DNA of 64,000 bases from the NCBI RefSeq assembly GCF_006345805.1, contig NC_042999.1, positions 124,744,001 to 124,808,000 of the forward strand. Direction: 5' to 3'. This document shows, one piece after another, positions 62,634-64,000 of this stretch (position 1 is its first letter; every line of letters starts with the position of its first letter). This DNA comes from Octopus sinensis. Lineage: Eukaryota. A program made the translations under genes and the position numbers. Under the pieces are notes generated by a model. It was not told the DNA's origin. It made no database searches and saw only the letters and a list, made by a program, of their open reading frames with translations.

Positions 62634-63203
62634 ATAATATAAATTGGACATGGGCGATCGTTAGCCAAACGGCTGGGTGGATTCGTGTGAAAGACGGCAC
62701 ACATGTGGAAACGGGTGCATAGATTGGAATGTGGCTTGTATTGTTTTCCTAGCCCCCATAGTTACTGAGAAAATCGATAAAAACTTTTTCTAATGGAATT
62801 CCCCTGTTTGTTCCACCATTAAAACAAGCAGTTGCTCACACAGCTGGCATATACCATTTCACTAGCAACAAGAGGAGTACAGGATGACAGTCAGCCAAAA
62901 CTTTTGCTATGCTGTCTCTCTTCTTTCACCTCTTAGTGGGGTTAATAATCTTAATCTTTAGTTACAGTTTCTCATTCAAACTACATAATAGGCAGAATTG
63001 TCAGATTAAGACAGTAGGGTGTTTTGAGGGAGATTTGGCTGCTATTTCCACCAGGTCTAGCTACCATGTAGAGGTCTGAACTTAATTTTCATTCACATAT
63101 TTGCAATTCAAAAATTTAACATAATCTTTTACATAAATTAACTATCCTAAAAATTTTAAACGATAACCTCACATTTTCTATGTATGTGTGTGTTCCTTAA
63201 AAG

Positions 63204-63875
63204 ATGTCAATCATCACGGCACACACCTTCACTTACTCTATCTCTCTTTCTCAACCTCTTTCTCTCTCACATACACACACGCAAGCACACATACACACAC
63301 GCAAGCACACATGCACACACATACACGTCCATTTCATATATCTTCTTTCAATTTCTGCTCTCTGCAAATAAATTTTTTTTACGGATACAACTGCTTTCAA
63401 AAATAGGAATTACTGTATAAGTTCTTTCTGTGTTCATAATTAAATCAATGTTTTGATTAGACAGAGGTCCAATAGAATAGCTCTCAGAAGCAGACTACGT
63501 ACAAATATGTCAATCATCACGACACACACCTTCACTCACTCACTCTATCTCTCTTTCTTACCCTCTTTCTCTCTCACTTACACATACACAATCACGCATG
63601 CACACACACAAACGTCCATTTCATATATCTTCTTTCAATTTCTGCTCTCTCCAAATAACATTTTTACGTATACAACTGCTTACAAAAATAGGGATTACTG
63701 TATAATTTCTTTCTCTATAAACGATATAAACAGTAGCTGCACGACATCGTGAAGTATATTTGCCACAGGGTTAGCCACAATTAAGTAGCAAATATACTTC
63801 ACGAAATAAATCAATGTTTTAATGATTAGACAGAGGTCCAACAGAATAACTCTCAGAAACAGACTACGTACAAAT
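63204..63875. repeat. Diverged tandem duplication (~300-370-bp units)
   Basis: ATGTCAATCATCACG..GATTACTGTATAA..GATTAGACAGAGGTCCAA..CAGACTACGTACAAAT occurs at 63204-63506 and 63507-63875. Confidence 0.85.
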
Positions 63876-64000
63876 TCGTTCTTCACAACTCCTGAAGCTG
63901 TTTTCTGACAAAGCAGGGTGGAGTTAGGAAATTTTCATACAGCTGGAGGCTCTAATCGAAACAAGGGATCCAAAATGATAAGGTTGAGAAACACTGTTAT

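Overview
AT-rich, microsatellite-laden eukaryotic (animal) DNA made up almost entirely of transposable elements. The repeat families look like those of an octopus or other coleoid cephalopod; this is pattern recognition and was not verified. I found no confidently identifiable host gene, only one weak candidate exon. Most ORFs in the track are translations of simple repeats. Recognisable elements: a complete 3.8-kb hAT transposon with TIRs, an 8-bp TSD and a disrupted transposase; a 5'-truncated RTE LINE with a 472-aa RT ORF carrying a C4HC3 PHD-like finger; CR1/L2-type and RTE fragments; several mariner relics; a tandem pair of non-autonomous Helitrons; a solo LTR; TTAA-type MITEs; three SINE families in many copies; and Penelope-like (PLE) RT and GIY-YIG remnants. 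The most interesting signal is non-coding. An intact minimal type-I hammerhead ribozyme (824-868, minus strand) sits inside a 352-bp terminally redundant unit resembling a retrozyme. About a dozen decayed or partial hammerhead motifs of different sequence occur elsewhere. One forms the tail of a tRNA-headed SINE. Several are arranged as head-to-head fold-back dimers, two of which share a common ~50-nt 3' tail. Coordinates were read by eye and may be off by a few bases.
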